Shown here: one piece after another, positions 1-11,359 of the stretch | How the letters are laid out: each line of letters begins with the position of its first letter | Numbering within the stretch: position 1 is the stretch's first letter | DNA from: Vezdaea acicularis | Taxonomy: Eukaryota | Assembly (NCBI GenBank): GCA_026025075.1 | Contig: JAPEUI010000059.1 | Location: 1-64,000, forward strand | Direction of reading: 5' to 3' | DNA: 64,000 nt | Made by a program: the position numbers and the translations under genes | Notes under the pieces: model-generated | Told to the model about the DNA's origin: nothing | The model's input: only the letters and a program-made list of their open reading frames with translations | Database searches by the model: none

Positions 1-473
1 GCGGGAGGTTATGCAGAGGGAGGGCGGGAAGGGCCGGTTTTTGATTGATGGTGCGTTAGCTGTGTTCTGAGCCACCCCTTTCCTCTCTCTTGCTCTCTTG
101 GCTCTAAGGGGCAATATGCGTGCGTGAACGCGGTCATGGCTAACCCCTTCTACGCACAGGCTTCCCACGAAAAATGGACCAAGCCCTGCGTTTCGAGGAG
201 AAAGTCGTCCCATCACTCTTCACGCTCTTCTTCGACTGCCCCGAGGATATCCTGGAGAAGCGCCTGCTGGGCCGTGGACAGACTTCCGGCCGCGCAGACG
301 ATAATATCGAGAGCATCAAGAAGCGCTTCAAGACGTTTGTGGACACGAGTATGCCCGTCGTGGAGTACTTTGAGAAGGAGGGCAAGGTGGTCAGGATTGA
401 TGCGACGCCGCCGAAGGAAGAGGTGTATGGGAAGGTTAAGGGGATTGTGGCGGCGAAACTGGAGGGGAAGTAG
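1..473 (+). CDS. URA6: UMP/CMP (uridylate) kinase, adenylate-kinase family, 3' part only
   Basis: Splicing intron 51-159 (GTGCGT..GCTAAC..CAG) gives FLIDGFPRKMDQA..FFDCPED..RLLGRGQTSGRADDNIESIKKRF, the typical NMP-kinase motifs. Truncated by the window edge. Confidence 0.85.
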
Positions 474-641
474 AGGGTGGGAGGGAGCTGGATCTTGTGC
501 AATTCTATTGGAGGGGATGTTTTAGACAAAGCCACTGTGATTGCGGCTTTGGGTTCGTAGGGGACAGCTACGCCTGCTCCGAACGTCCGCGCCGTTTCAT
601 GCCTCCATCTGAAGAAGGATCTAACGTCTTATACCCGATTC

Positions 642-2023
642 TCAATCCCCACCCACATCAATCATCTCCTGCCTCCCCCCGCCTCTCCTCCCACCCCTCC
701 CTCCATCCGACTCCCTCGCCATCTCCCTCCCCACACTCTCCCTCTCCCGTCTCAAGATCTCCAAGACGCCCCTCAGATTATCCTTCCACTTCTCCAGCCC
801 CGACGCGACCTCCCTCCACTGCTTCTCGCCAAAGACGCGATAGCTGCTGCGGTGGACGAGGAACTCGCTTGTCAGCTGGCTGAGCTTGCCCTCGACGAGG
901 CCCGCGCGGATCACGTCAATGACCCACATCTCGACGTCTTCGACCGGGATGCGGAGCGCCTTGGAGATGCTGGCATACGGCAGGCTGCGCGTGTGGGATT
1001 GTGCGGCGAGCGAGGCGAAGGTCAGGAGGCGCATTTTGCGCTCGAGAATCGCTTCGTCGAGGCCTTGCTCGGCGAGGAAGTCGTCGTGCTCGTCTAGGAA
1101 GTCGATGTATTCGTCTAGGATCTCGGCGTTGAAGATCTCGAGCAGCTCGTAGATGGTGCTGTCGGATGAGCGGAGCGCTTGGACGGAGTCCAGGTTTATC
1201 AGCTCGTGGAATGTGAAGAGGGTTGGTTGGGTAAGGGCGGTCTTGAGGGTACGGATGGAAAGGCTGCGTGCGGTGGGGGTGGTGCTTTCGGATGGCGGGA
1301 TGGTATGCAGAGCTAGAAGGAGGTAACGATAGGATTCTCTGTGTTTCTTGTCAGGACAAACTTTTAAAGGGGGGGAAGACCGGTAAGCGTACTCTGGCTC
1401 GCTGCACTCCTTGGCAATGTCGGCGATTTCAAGAAGGAGCTTGCGCTGCTCCTCGTCGTCAGACTCCCATTCTGCGAACCAGACTTGCAGGTTCTTCAGG
1501 CGGGGCTTCAGGAGCTCATAAGAGCCGCTTTGCCTAACGACTTTTAGGATTGCGGCGAAGACGTGGTAGCGTAGGTCGTTGTCTGAAGACAGGATATTGA
1601 AGATTGTGGTTAAGACTGCGAGGGCTAAACCTGGGCCGTTTTGCGGAGAGGACGTAATTGGTTGAGAAATGGTTTGACAGAGCTTTGGGAGAAACATATG
1701 CATGTTTGGGGATTGGAAGACGAGGTGGATGAGAAGATTATATGCTGCAACGATCTCTGAGAACAGAGGATATGATATGTTAGCTTTGAGGCCAACTAGA
1801 ATATGGTGGAACGTCATGTACCCTTTTCTGGGGCCGCATTCAGCGCAGCAGCAGCTGTGACTAGCTTCTTCAGAACTTCATCTTTCTCTCCTTTTGTTAG
1901 AAGCGGTCCGATCTCAGTCGTTAAGGTGGTGTTTTGCTTGACTTCGTCGATGTATGTCGCGAACTCTTGAGAGAGATCCTCAAAGGTACCATCGATGAGG
2001 AGAGTCTTCTGGGCCTCTGCCAT
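642..2023 (-). CDS. eIF3m: Eukaryotic translation initiation factor 3 subunit M (PCI domain), multi-exon
   Basis: Starts MAEAQKTLLIDGTFEDLSQEFATYIDE. C-terminal PCI-like region KMRLLTFASLAA..LPYASISKALRIPVEDVEMWVIDVIRAGLVEGKLSQ..RVFGEKQWREV. GT-AG introns near 1720-1820 and 1340-1390. Confidence 0.9.
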
Positions 2024-2289
2024 ATTGGCGATGTCTCCTTCAGAGTATGCTGCAGTTTGATGAGTGTTCGTAACCGTAAGAGCTAGCGGCTCTGTCAGTC
2101 TTTGTATGGTGGGGCCTTGGGAAGAAATCCGGGCCTTGCTCTTTTTGAAATTATTTAGTGCGCTCGCGGGGCACCCATGCGCGGCCCACGTTCTTAGAGC
2201 GGAGCGCCAAGATTTTGCGACCCTAAATTGTTTTGTGCACCCCAGCAAAACCAAATCCAGATGTCAAGAAACGGCAGAGAGCACTTAAC

Positions 2290-3189
2290 ATGTCGCGGCC
2301 GGAGGATACTCTGTATGTTTGAGTCTGCCCTATCACGAGAATCGAGTTAACATTGCAAGCCAGGCCACCAGATCTCTACTACAATGACGCCGAATCCCGA
2401 AAATATACTACGAGTTCACGGATCAAGAACGTCCAGGCCCAGATGACACACCGAGCTCTGGAGCTGCTCAACGTGACGTCCCCGTCTATGATCCTTGACA
2501 TTGGCTGTGGCTCAGGTCTCTCTGGCGAAATACTGTCTTCAATAGAACCTGAAGATGGTGGCCCTCATACATGGGTCGGCATGGACATCTCTCCCAGCAT
2601 GCTTGCCACCGCGCTCGAGCGAGACACTGAAGGGGATCTGTTACTCGCAGATATCGGGCAGGGTGTACCATTTCGAGCTGGGACGTTCGACGCGGCGATC
2701 AGTATCAGTGCCATACAATGGCTCTGCAACGCGGACAGCAGCGATGTCTCCCCGCAAGGCAGATTGTCAAGATTTTTCAACGGGCTATATGCGAGCTTAC
2801 GCAGGGGTGGGAGGGCTGTCTGTCAGTTCTATCCGAAGAATGATACTCAGAGAAGCATGATCAGTTCAGCAGCAATTAAGGCAGGGTTTGGGGCTGGTAT
2901 ATTGGAGGACGACCCGGAAACAAAGAATAGCAAGTTATATCTTGTGCTCACGGTTGGAGGCGGAGATGTTCAGGGTAATGGAGCGGTTGGAGACATAACG
3001 GGCGTTGTGAGGGGAATGGAGGGCGTGGATGTAGTCGATTCAAGGAGGAAGGGCCGAGTTGTAAGACACTCAGAGAAGAAAGGCAGCAAAGCATGGATCA
3101 TTCGAAAGAAGGAACAGATGGAGCGCAAAGGAAAAGTTGTGAAGGCCTCTTCGAAATATACCGGACGAAAGCGCCGCCCAGCTTTTTAA
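2290..3189 (+). CDS. BUD23: 18S rRNA m7G methyltransferase Bud23/WBSCR22
   Basis: MSRPEDTL, intron 2313-2363, then PPDLYYND. SAM-binding ILDIGCGSGLSG, AISISAIQWLCNA, basic C-terminus SKYTGRKRR. Confidence 0.95.
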
Positions 3190-3567
3190 CAGGTATCGTC
3201 TTCGTAGAGCCGGGCGTTGATTGCATGGCATATAGTCGAGCGCGCGGCGGTTGGGGGTTTTCGGGGCTTGCTATCTCTGATGGACAATGAAGTCATCAGA
3301 ATGATGCCTTCGACGGAAGTGTAGACGACTAGAAATTTACGCAATACCCTGACTTGTATCTTCTTTGAAATGCCGAGGTAGGTGTGATGCGGCAGATTCA
3401 TCCTAGCAGAAGCAAGCATTGGCCAATTGGCGACGAGCACTAACCCAGCCCGTGCAAGCTCCATATCGTCTATCCCGGCTTCATCTCTCTTGATTATTGA
3501 CTCCTCCCTATCTCCATGGCATAAAATCTCAAGATCTTAGCCTCATTCTGTCTCACACTCATTCAAG

Positions 3568-4950
3568 ATGCTATCGCGCAGCTGCAGAGCAACCCACGTA
3601 AGGACAGTGTCCCTGTACGTTTTCAGTAGGCTAACGATGCTACGTCTTCTAGGCTCTCCTGCGGGGCGCTCAGAACACCCACCATGCCAGCGCCTCTATT
3701 GTAGCCAGATGTACGTGTATACTCATGGCCATGCCTCTAACCTTTAGGTATGAGCCGAGGCTAATGTTCATTGACAGCCATGGCCACCGTTTCATCGGAC
3801 ATATTCAAACCAACCAAGTACGGCGGCAAATACACCGTCACGCTCATTCCTGGTGATGGTATTGGAGCCGAGGTGGCCGAATCCGTAAAGACGGTGTTCA
3901 AGGCAGACAATGTCCCTGTCGAGTGGGAACAGGTAGACGTGTCTGGTATGGAGGCGGGTGATAAGCACTCAGAAGAACTTTTTCGCGAGAGCATTGCTTC
4001 TTTGAAGAGAAACAAGATAGGACTCAAAGGTAAACCAAGCCTTGTTCTCGTTTCACGGCATTCGATCTGATAGAACATCTTGAGGTATTCTTCATACACC
4101 AGTTGAGCGCTCGGGGCATCAGTCCTTCAATGTCGCGCTACGACAAGAGCTCGATATCTACGCTTCCATTGTGCTTATCAAGAACATCCCTGGATACACC
4201 ACACGCCACAGCAATGTGGATATGTGTATCATCCGTGAGAACACCGAGGGCGAATACTCCGGTCTAGAACATCAGTCGGTCTCCGGAGTGGTCGAATCTC
4301 TAAAGATTATCACTCGTGCCAAGTCTGAGCGTATCTCCAAATTTGCCTTCAGCTTCGCGCTAGCAAACCACCGCAAGAAAGTTACCTGCATTCACAAGGC
4401 CAACATCATGAAGCTTGCGGACGGTTTGTTTCGGAACACATTCAAAAAGGTTGCGGAAGATTATCCTACCCTTGAAACAAACGACATGATCGTCGACAAC
4501 GCCTCCATGCAAGCGGTATCACGACCACAACAGTTTGACGTAATGGTTATGCCCAACCTGTACGGAGGTATTCTCTCTAATGTGGGAGCCGCCTTGGTTG
4601 GTGGACCCGGCATCGTCCCTGGCTGTAACATGGGGCGCGAAATCGCTGTGTTCGAACCAGGATGTCGACACGTCGGGCTCGATATCAAGGGCAAAGACCA
4701 AGCGAATCCGACGGCTATGCTCCTCTCTGGCTCTATGTTGTTGAGGCATCTGGGACTTGATGATCATGCTAACCGCATCTCTAAAGCTGTATATGACGTT
4801 ATCGGAGAAGGGTACGAGACATCTGCATCCTTTTCAATTTTAACTTAAGTGCTGACGTTATTTAGGAAAACATTGACTCGAGATATGAAAGGGTCCGCGA
4901 CGACTCATGAATTCACTGCAGCTGTCTTGAAGAAGATGGAGGCGTCATGA
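3568..4950 (+). CDS. IDH1: Mitochondrial NAD-dependent isocitrate dehydrogenase subunit 1, multi-exon
   Basis: Arg/Ser-rich presequence MLSRSCRATH, then KYGGKYTVTLIPGDGIG, IIRENTEGEYSGLEH, HKANIMKLADGLF, FEPGCRHVGLDIKG, ANPTA. The final exon after 4866 ends at TGA 4948-4950. Confidence 0.95.
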
Positions 4951-5337
4951 TCGTACTTGCTGCTCATGATACCCCGTATCATCGATTTTTCCTTTTAACG
5001 GAGCACAGGCATTGATTTTGGCATACCGGGATGGTGAAGATGTACTCTAGTATGATAAGTAAATACGAAAACCTGATGAGCTCTTGCGTGAACTCTTTCT
5101 TTGTTATGAATAGCGAATGAGAGATGCTGACAGAAGGAGTCTTAACCAAGTAATGCGCCAAACCAAATAAGTACACCACTTTTTCCTCCCTAGCTAAAGC
5201 TACTGTTCGCAGAAGGGGGCTAACTATCATTCTAGGCCATTCCAGATGTTTCGCATTCTTCACGTGAGGTTGTCGTTACTGCAAATACTCGGCACATTAC
5301 CTCCTGTTCTCAACACCTCGCTAACCCAAAATGGGTT

Positions 5338-5788
5338 TCAATAAGATTCTCAATAGCAGCCCCAGCTTCACCCACCTCTACCATGTCAATACTGAATAAG
5401 TTAAAATGCTTTGTTCCGCACATCCGGAGAGGACCAGATGTTCCGTAAGGACAAAGCATACCGTCAATCTTTCAATCCCAAATCTAGGCCACTAGGTCGC
5501 TGCGCGGCCATAGAAGGGCCATCTATCAGGACATAATCGACCTGAATACTCATTTGCGGAAGTCAAGGGATTTTACAGAAGATCCAGACACATCTTTGGA
5601 TTGATCTAAAGCCTTTCGAGCTCCTTTAGCGAAGTTTTGGATGAAAATCTTATTGAGGAAGACTCCGTCTCGTAAACTCCTTATTGACATAGCGCTACCC
5701 CTGCGCGGCCTCCGTAGCCACACATACTTTTCGTATGGGATTTCTCATATACTTTGTCCTTATTGCTATTTCAGGCGACTCTATTGAC
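5338..5788. promoter_or_regulatory. Cluster of six TATTGA-core motifs upstream of the pheromone precursor; candidate alpha-box (MAT1-1-1) binding sites
   Basis: TCAATAAG 5338-5345, CTCAATAG 5349-5356, GTCAATAC 5385-5392, CTTATTGAG 5649-5657, CTTATTGAC 5680-5688, CTATTGAC 5781-5788. Confidence 0.6.
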
Positions 5789-5897
5789 ACCTGACTAGTC
5801 ACATTATCTCTTATCACACGTTTAATAGTCTTTATGAGCGGTGCGCCTCGTGGCACCCACGGACGGTCCCCCCCTCCCAGCAGCTCTACCTTTTTCC

Positions 5898-5905
5898 TAT
5901 TTAAA
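5898..5905 (+). promoter_or_regulatory. TATA-like box of the pheromone precursor gene
   Basis: TATTTAAA about 145 nt upstream of ATG 6048, followed by a CT-rich tract. Confidence 0.5.
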
Positions 5906-6047
5906 GCCCTCTCTCCTCTCCTTCTGAACATCTCCATTTCTTTCCCTTGATACGTATTTGTCAAGCTTACCAGCTTTTCCTCTCGCTTTACGTGCTAGTC
6001 GCGTTCAACATCACACTCACTCAATCCTCACCTCATCTACCACCGCG

Positions 6048-6622
6048 ATGAAGGTCACTTCACTTCTCTACGCTGTCCTCCTCGCAGGCGTTGCCGCCAA
6101 CGCCGCCGCTGTCGCAGAGCCCGAGCCCGATGCGGAGTTGGTCCGTCGCTGGTGCTGGCGCCCTGGCCAGTCCTGCGGAAAGCTCAAGCGCGCTGCCGAC
6201 GCCGCCGCCACCGCTCTTGCCGACGGCGAGTTCGAATACACCGAAGACAACCACCTAGCCAAGCGTGCGGCCGAAGCGCTCGCAAGCGCCGTCGCCGATG
6301 CCTATGCTGCAGCTGGCCCTGAGCCCGAAGCTGGTAAGTCACTTCATCCTCCCCTTTTTTTCGCCTCACTTGCCCTCGAATATCTCGCTAACACCACTTT
6401 GTAGAGGCCGAGCCTTGGTGCTGGCGCCCCGGTCAGTCCTGCGGGAAAGTCAAGCGCGCCGCCTCCGCCATCTCCGAAGCCCTCGCCATTCCTGAGCCAG
6501 AATCCGAGGCCGACGCGCTCGTGCGCAGATGGTGCTGGCGCCCGGGTCAGTCCTGCGGTAAGGCCAAGCGTGCTGCCGATGCCCTCGCGGCAGCGGCGGC
6601 GGAGGCTATGGCTGCCATGTAA
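6048..6622 (+). CDS. ppg1: Alpha-factor-like mating pheromone precursor (ppg1/ppgA/ccg-4 type), 167 aa, two exons (6048-6333, 6405-6622)
   Basis: Signal peptide [21 protein letters not shown]. Three identical [10 protein letters not shown] repeats (6150-6179, 6416-6445, 6530-6559) flanked by RR/KR Kex2 sites and EP/EA/DA dipeptides. Intron GTAAGT..GCTAAC..TAG. Confidence 0.92.
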
Positions 6623-7242
6623 ACAGCAGCATATATACACTCCGCAACAATGGTTTTGTTGGTTATCAGGACATGGACGCAAGGATATACAATTCGATTC
6701 TCAGCATAGACTACACTTAATTCAATTCACGCCTCTTCTCGACTTTGGGAGCTAGCCTGGTGCTTCTCTCTCTCAATTCAAGAACCGTCCCGTCTCACTT
6801 CACAACGCCTGCAGATCCCAAGAAGATAGAATCGGTACCTACGTCAATCTCAAGACTTTTCGAAACAGAATAGACTAGGGGTTGCATTCTCCTTTCTTTC
6901 CCACTGGGGCTGGATGGTATGAGCTGGGAAGTTATAGACCATTCTCGCTGGACTATGAAGGCGGTATACACGGTGCTTGCGAAGACCAGGCTCGGCTACT
7001 CCCCCTTGATGTTCGAGATCGGCTACATTTTACATAGATTCACGATAGTTGGATCGCCTCTAAAAACCTAAAAGGATAAAATTCCTAGTGAGCAAGTTTC
7101 GTGACTGCTATTTAGCTAGATACGAATAAATACTCTGCTCCTAAACATGTCTCTTCTTATGCATGAAAACGATAGACAACCACCCATCCAAGAAACAGAC
7201 GTGACGTGAAAAAGATACCCTGACAACGCAGCTTCAGAGGGC

Positions 7243-8145
7243 CTATGCCATCTCTTCATCTTCGTTCTCACCGCTGCCCGTCATTGCCCTCCGCGCTTCA
7301 AACGCGCCGTATTGCGTCGCCAGCCGGTCTTTCTCGCTGTATACCGGATCTGTCGCCCGGTTGTACTCATGCGCCCAGTTGTTCCCCGGGTCCACGTTCG
7401 AGTGGTTATGGTGGGGGATCGCCTTGCCCACCGGCTGGTATTGGTTCGGCCTCTCGGTCTGCAGGTTTTGCGCATAGCCATTCACGATATACGGCTCGGC
7501 GTGGGGCGCGAGCGTTGACTCTACGTCCTTGGGACAGTATTCCCTCCAGCCCCGACTAGCTTCCCAGGAGCGCCGCTCCATTCGTTCTTGTGCACTCTGT
7601 TCTTCTAAAGCGAGAGAAGTCTCTAGCTCGAAGTCGTCTATCAGACTCGTCCTGACGCCGCTGCTGCCGGGGTCTGGGGGTGACACTCGCCAGATCTCCA
7701 CGAGCCGCATTTGCACTTCGAGGCCGGAGTGCCGGAATAAGGAAAGTTGCGCCTGGGAGAGGAGACCGGCGTCGACGCCGTTGCGGGCCAGTATTATAGA
7801 TGTGGTTGCTGCATCTGTAGGCTGGGTCTGTAAGTCGGACGAAGATGCAGCGGGGAGTGGCAAGCTAGAGGGGAAAGTTGATGTGCCGGGAGGAGGAGAG
7901 GCAAGGTGGGCGCTATGGTGGTAGTGTTGCGTGATCGAGTACTGAACGGGGGCATGTGCTGCTGGCTGAGGAGGTTGTTGGAATGGCGATGAAGAGTGCG
8001 GGGGTGTAGCAGTGGGTGTTATGGTTAGGCTACGGTTGAAAAGAATTGAGAGCTCATCTGGTTGTTGGCGTTGCATATTGGGCGTGTACTGTGGGTTATA
8101 TACTCCAGCTAACGCCACGTCCCTATGAAGATAATCATCAGCCAT
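7243..8145 (-). CDS. Hypothetical protein, about 300 aa, Q/P/S-rich N-half
   Basis: Long uninterrupted ORF. An ordered-looking segment ILARNGVDAGLLSQAQLSLFRHS..QMRLVEIWRVSPP and AEPYIVNGY. Start codon uncertain. Confidence 0.6.
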   Translation of the reverse strand: MADDYLHRDVALAGVYNPQYTPNMQRQQPDELSILFNRSLTITPTATPPHSSSPFQQPPQPAAHAPVQYSITQHYHHSAHLASPPPGTSTFPSSLPLPAASSSDLQTQPTDAATTSIILARNGVDAGLLSQAQLSLFRHSGLEVQMRLVEIWRVSPPDPGSSGVRTSLIDDFELETSLALEEQSAQERMERRSWEASRGWREYCPKDVESTLAPHAEPYIVNGYAQNLQTERPNQYQPVGKAIPHHNHSNVDPGNNWAHEYNRATDPVYSEKDRLATQYGAFEARRAMTGSGENEDEEMA

Positions 8146-9268
8146 ATAGAAGGACTTATAGGGGATATGGAAATAAGGTGCATACTGTTCTGGACAAGGA
8201 TAGCCCAGTCTGTGGGTTGTGTCCACTAGCGGTAGGTCTGGGTGGGACTGAGGATGAAAGGAAATCTGCATGTAGACCATCGGGACTGCAGTCAGAAGCT
8301 GCAAAACAGCACGCAGGGATTGATTATAGATGCTCGGGAGGCATAGCAAACAATATACGAAGAGACTAGCTTTATCTTCCGCGGCAGAAAGGCGTACTTG
8401 AGATACCTGCTAAGTACTACATACTCCGTCACAGAAAGGTGGACCAGAAAGTAGATCAGAGAGCAAAGAACCGGTCAGGTACAATTAAATCAAACCCGGG
8501 GTGCGGCGTAGCTTCGGGAGTATTCGAGGAAAGGAGTGGATTGCTGCAATCTACCTGATGAGGCTGTGGTGACAAGGGACGGGGGTTTGGTGAATGCGAG
8601 GTGGGGTGGCTTTAGCCCCCCTTTTGAAGTACCGGTCAGATCCCCTCGGCCCCTCCAACGCACGTCACGCACAGATCATGCAGATGTAGACATAGCACAT
8701 ACCGTTGCAATCCAATGTGATCTTGGGAGAGTCGACTAGATGATTGCTCTCGCATCCTCTCCGCGCCTGAAACGATTAGCGCGGAGATCTCGACGGGCCT
8801 GATGCGATAGGACGCCCAATGGCGCAGTGCCACCTGACTTGAAGACTTGTCTCAGTGCAGCCAAAGCGGACGATATTGCATGGCCTGCGAATAGCTGTCT
8901 CCGATCTAGAAGGCGATAGCATTTGACTTGCTTGTTGGGCGAGAGCGCGAGAGGCGCTCTGAGGCGAATGGGATCGCGGCAACGTCTTTCGTGGGACGAG
9001 GCCCGCCATCTCGTCGATCCTCCTTGCGCGCCGCAACTGACGGAGCCGGGGGGCCATATCGGGCCGGTGATGGAGCCGTGAGCCAAGAGCAGGTGCCGAT
9101 CGACTAGGGCGGCCGCCCGATTTGAGTTAGGCGAGCTAGAGCGCACGCGTTAATCCGTGCCTGGAACGGGACACAAAGCTTCTTCCACTTCCATTCGAGC
9201 TTCCAGAACTCTGCACAGCTCTCGTCCTCCTCACCATCTAGTCCGCTCGCAAGCAGAGTACTCTCATC

Positions 9269-10289
9269 ATGGTCAGTGTCTACTGCAGATCCATCGCGAG
9301 CTGGCGGTTAGCCTCATCAAACCCATCTAACCTGGAATATAGACATCCATAGGCACAGGCTACGATCTTTCCAACTCTGTCTTCAGTCCCGACGGCCGCA
9401 ATTTCCAAGTCGAGTATGCCGTCAAGGCCGTAGAGAATGGTGGGACATGCGTGGGGCTGAGGTGCTCCGACGGGGTCATCCTTGCTATCGAGAAAATCAC
9501 AACATCCAAACTCCTCAAGCCGGGCACAAACAAGCGCATCAGCACAATCGACAACCATGCAGGCGTCGTCACAGCGGGGCTTGTTCCGGACGGCCGCCAC
9601 TTAGTCTCGCGTGCACGAGATGAGGCTGCGTCCTGGCGTCGAACTTACAAAGGACCGATCCCCATTGCCAGTCTGGCAGACAGGTTAGGGAGCTACGTGC
9701 AGGCATATACGCTGTACAGCAGCGTACGACCGTTTGGTATCACGGCGATAGTTGCGGGCTGGGATAGCGAGAAGGAGGCCAAGGTAGACGGAGAGGTGGG
9801 AGGAGGGCCCAAGGTCGGCGCAGGCGGGAGGATAGACGGAGGCCGGAGAGGAGGTCCAGGGCTTTACATGATCGAGCCAAGTGGACTATACTGGGTGAGC
9901 TCCGAAAGACCCGTTTTGTGCGGACACCAAAAGAAAATTGCTGATGAATATGACAGGGTTATTACGGTGCGGCAACAGGAAAGGGGCGACAGGCAGCAAA
10001 AGCCGAGCTCGAGAAACTAAGTCTCGCAACGAACCCGCCTACATTGCTCGAGGGCATCAAGGAGGCAGCACGCATCATCTACGTCGCACACGACGACAGC
10101 AAAGACAAGGACTTTGAGCTCGAGATGACATGGATAAGCGGCTGGGACGGGCCGACAAAGGGCCGGCACGTAGAGGTTCCCAAGGAGCTTAGAGAGGAGG
10201 CGGAGAAAGCTGCCAAGAAGTCTCTTGAGGGAGACGAGGAAGAGGAGGAAGAGGTGAAGGAGGGTGAGACGGAGAAGATGGAGGAGTAG
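9269..10289 (+). CDS. PRE10: 20S proteasome subunit alpha type-7 (alpha7)
   Basis: ATG-only first coding exon, intron 9272-9342, then TSIGTGYDLSNSVFSPDGRNFQVEYAVKAVENG. Also YTLYSSVRPFG, LYMIEPSG, GKGRQAAKAELEKL, KDKDFELEMTW and an acidic tail. Confidence 0.95.
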
Positions 10290-11359
10290 ACGGCGGCTTG
10301 CGGCTGTAGCATTAGATCCTGCGCTGTACTATTCCAACGAGCATGAAGCGTTGATTGGCTGAAACCTCCCTTACAGTACTTTCAGATCTACGAATCCGTC
10401 AAGGAGCTCCTGTGTCCCTCTCGTATCAGTCGCTTTTTAAAGGACTAGTTATAGCGGTTTGTCCGCCCCTATGAAGTGCAAGACTTTTTCTTGAAAGACC
10501 ACCCCAGTCCATCAATCCCCTCAGAACTTCCCATTATCCCACAAAGGCATACAATCCTCAAAGAACGCACAACCCCAAGAAGAGGGGTCTCATAGCCAAG
10601 CAAGACACGCACCTGACACGGACCCCCCACAAACTAACCCACGAAACAGACCAAAAACACGCCCAAAACGCACCAGAGGCTTCACAGTGATGGTACTATG
10701 TCTACAAAGACACTGGTGCTGCACCATATTGTCAATAACTTCAGAAACAGCGTATGAGACATCTTTGCTATAGAGCAGACCTCAGAGAGACTACAACACG
10801 ATTTCTTTGCGTGGAAAGGACGGGATGGACGCTTGATAGCTTTGATCATCTTGAAGTCCGGGTTGTAGAATTTGCTATAGAGATAGGATCTCGGTCTCTG
10901 CTGCGTTCTTCTTGCCGGGCATAGTGACAGCGAGGGAATATGGTGGATGTGCGGGAGTTTATCAACGAGAACGATGATAATAGAGGCGAAGATGTTAGCA
11001 AGAACGAAGTGAGAGAAATTCTTTACGGGACAATTTAAAGGGTGATAGTTCAGTCCGGTGCCTGCCAGAAGAACACGATGAGAGTGACGCGGAGTGTTTT
11101 TGTCAGAAAAGCCTCGCGTTAGCCCTATAGGAGCAGTCTCATACATATTTCACTATTCGATGACCCCAAAGACTTCACAGTAGATCCATTCCATTTATGC
11201 ATATAGATAAGTAACCAAACGCCATATGCCAGTCCATACCCCATTTTACCATATCACCCCGGCCCTACGACAATGAGAAGATCATGAGTCCATAACAGAT
11301 CTGTTGATATCAAGAGAGCCGATAGTGATGAAACTTTGTGGAAGAGAAGCTAGACAAGT

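Noticed and set aside
4960..5330. RIP-degraded transposon relic in AT-richer intergenic DNA
   Set aside because: No terminal repeats, target-site duplication or transposase/RT remnants are visible; consistent with ordinary 3' UTR or intergenic sequence.
8400..9268. Rpn4/PACE element upstream of the proteasome gene
   Set aside because: No exact GGTGGCAAA here or upstream of PRE4; only a partial match (GGTGGCAC) of chance quality.
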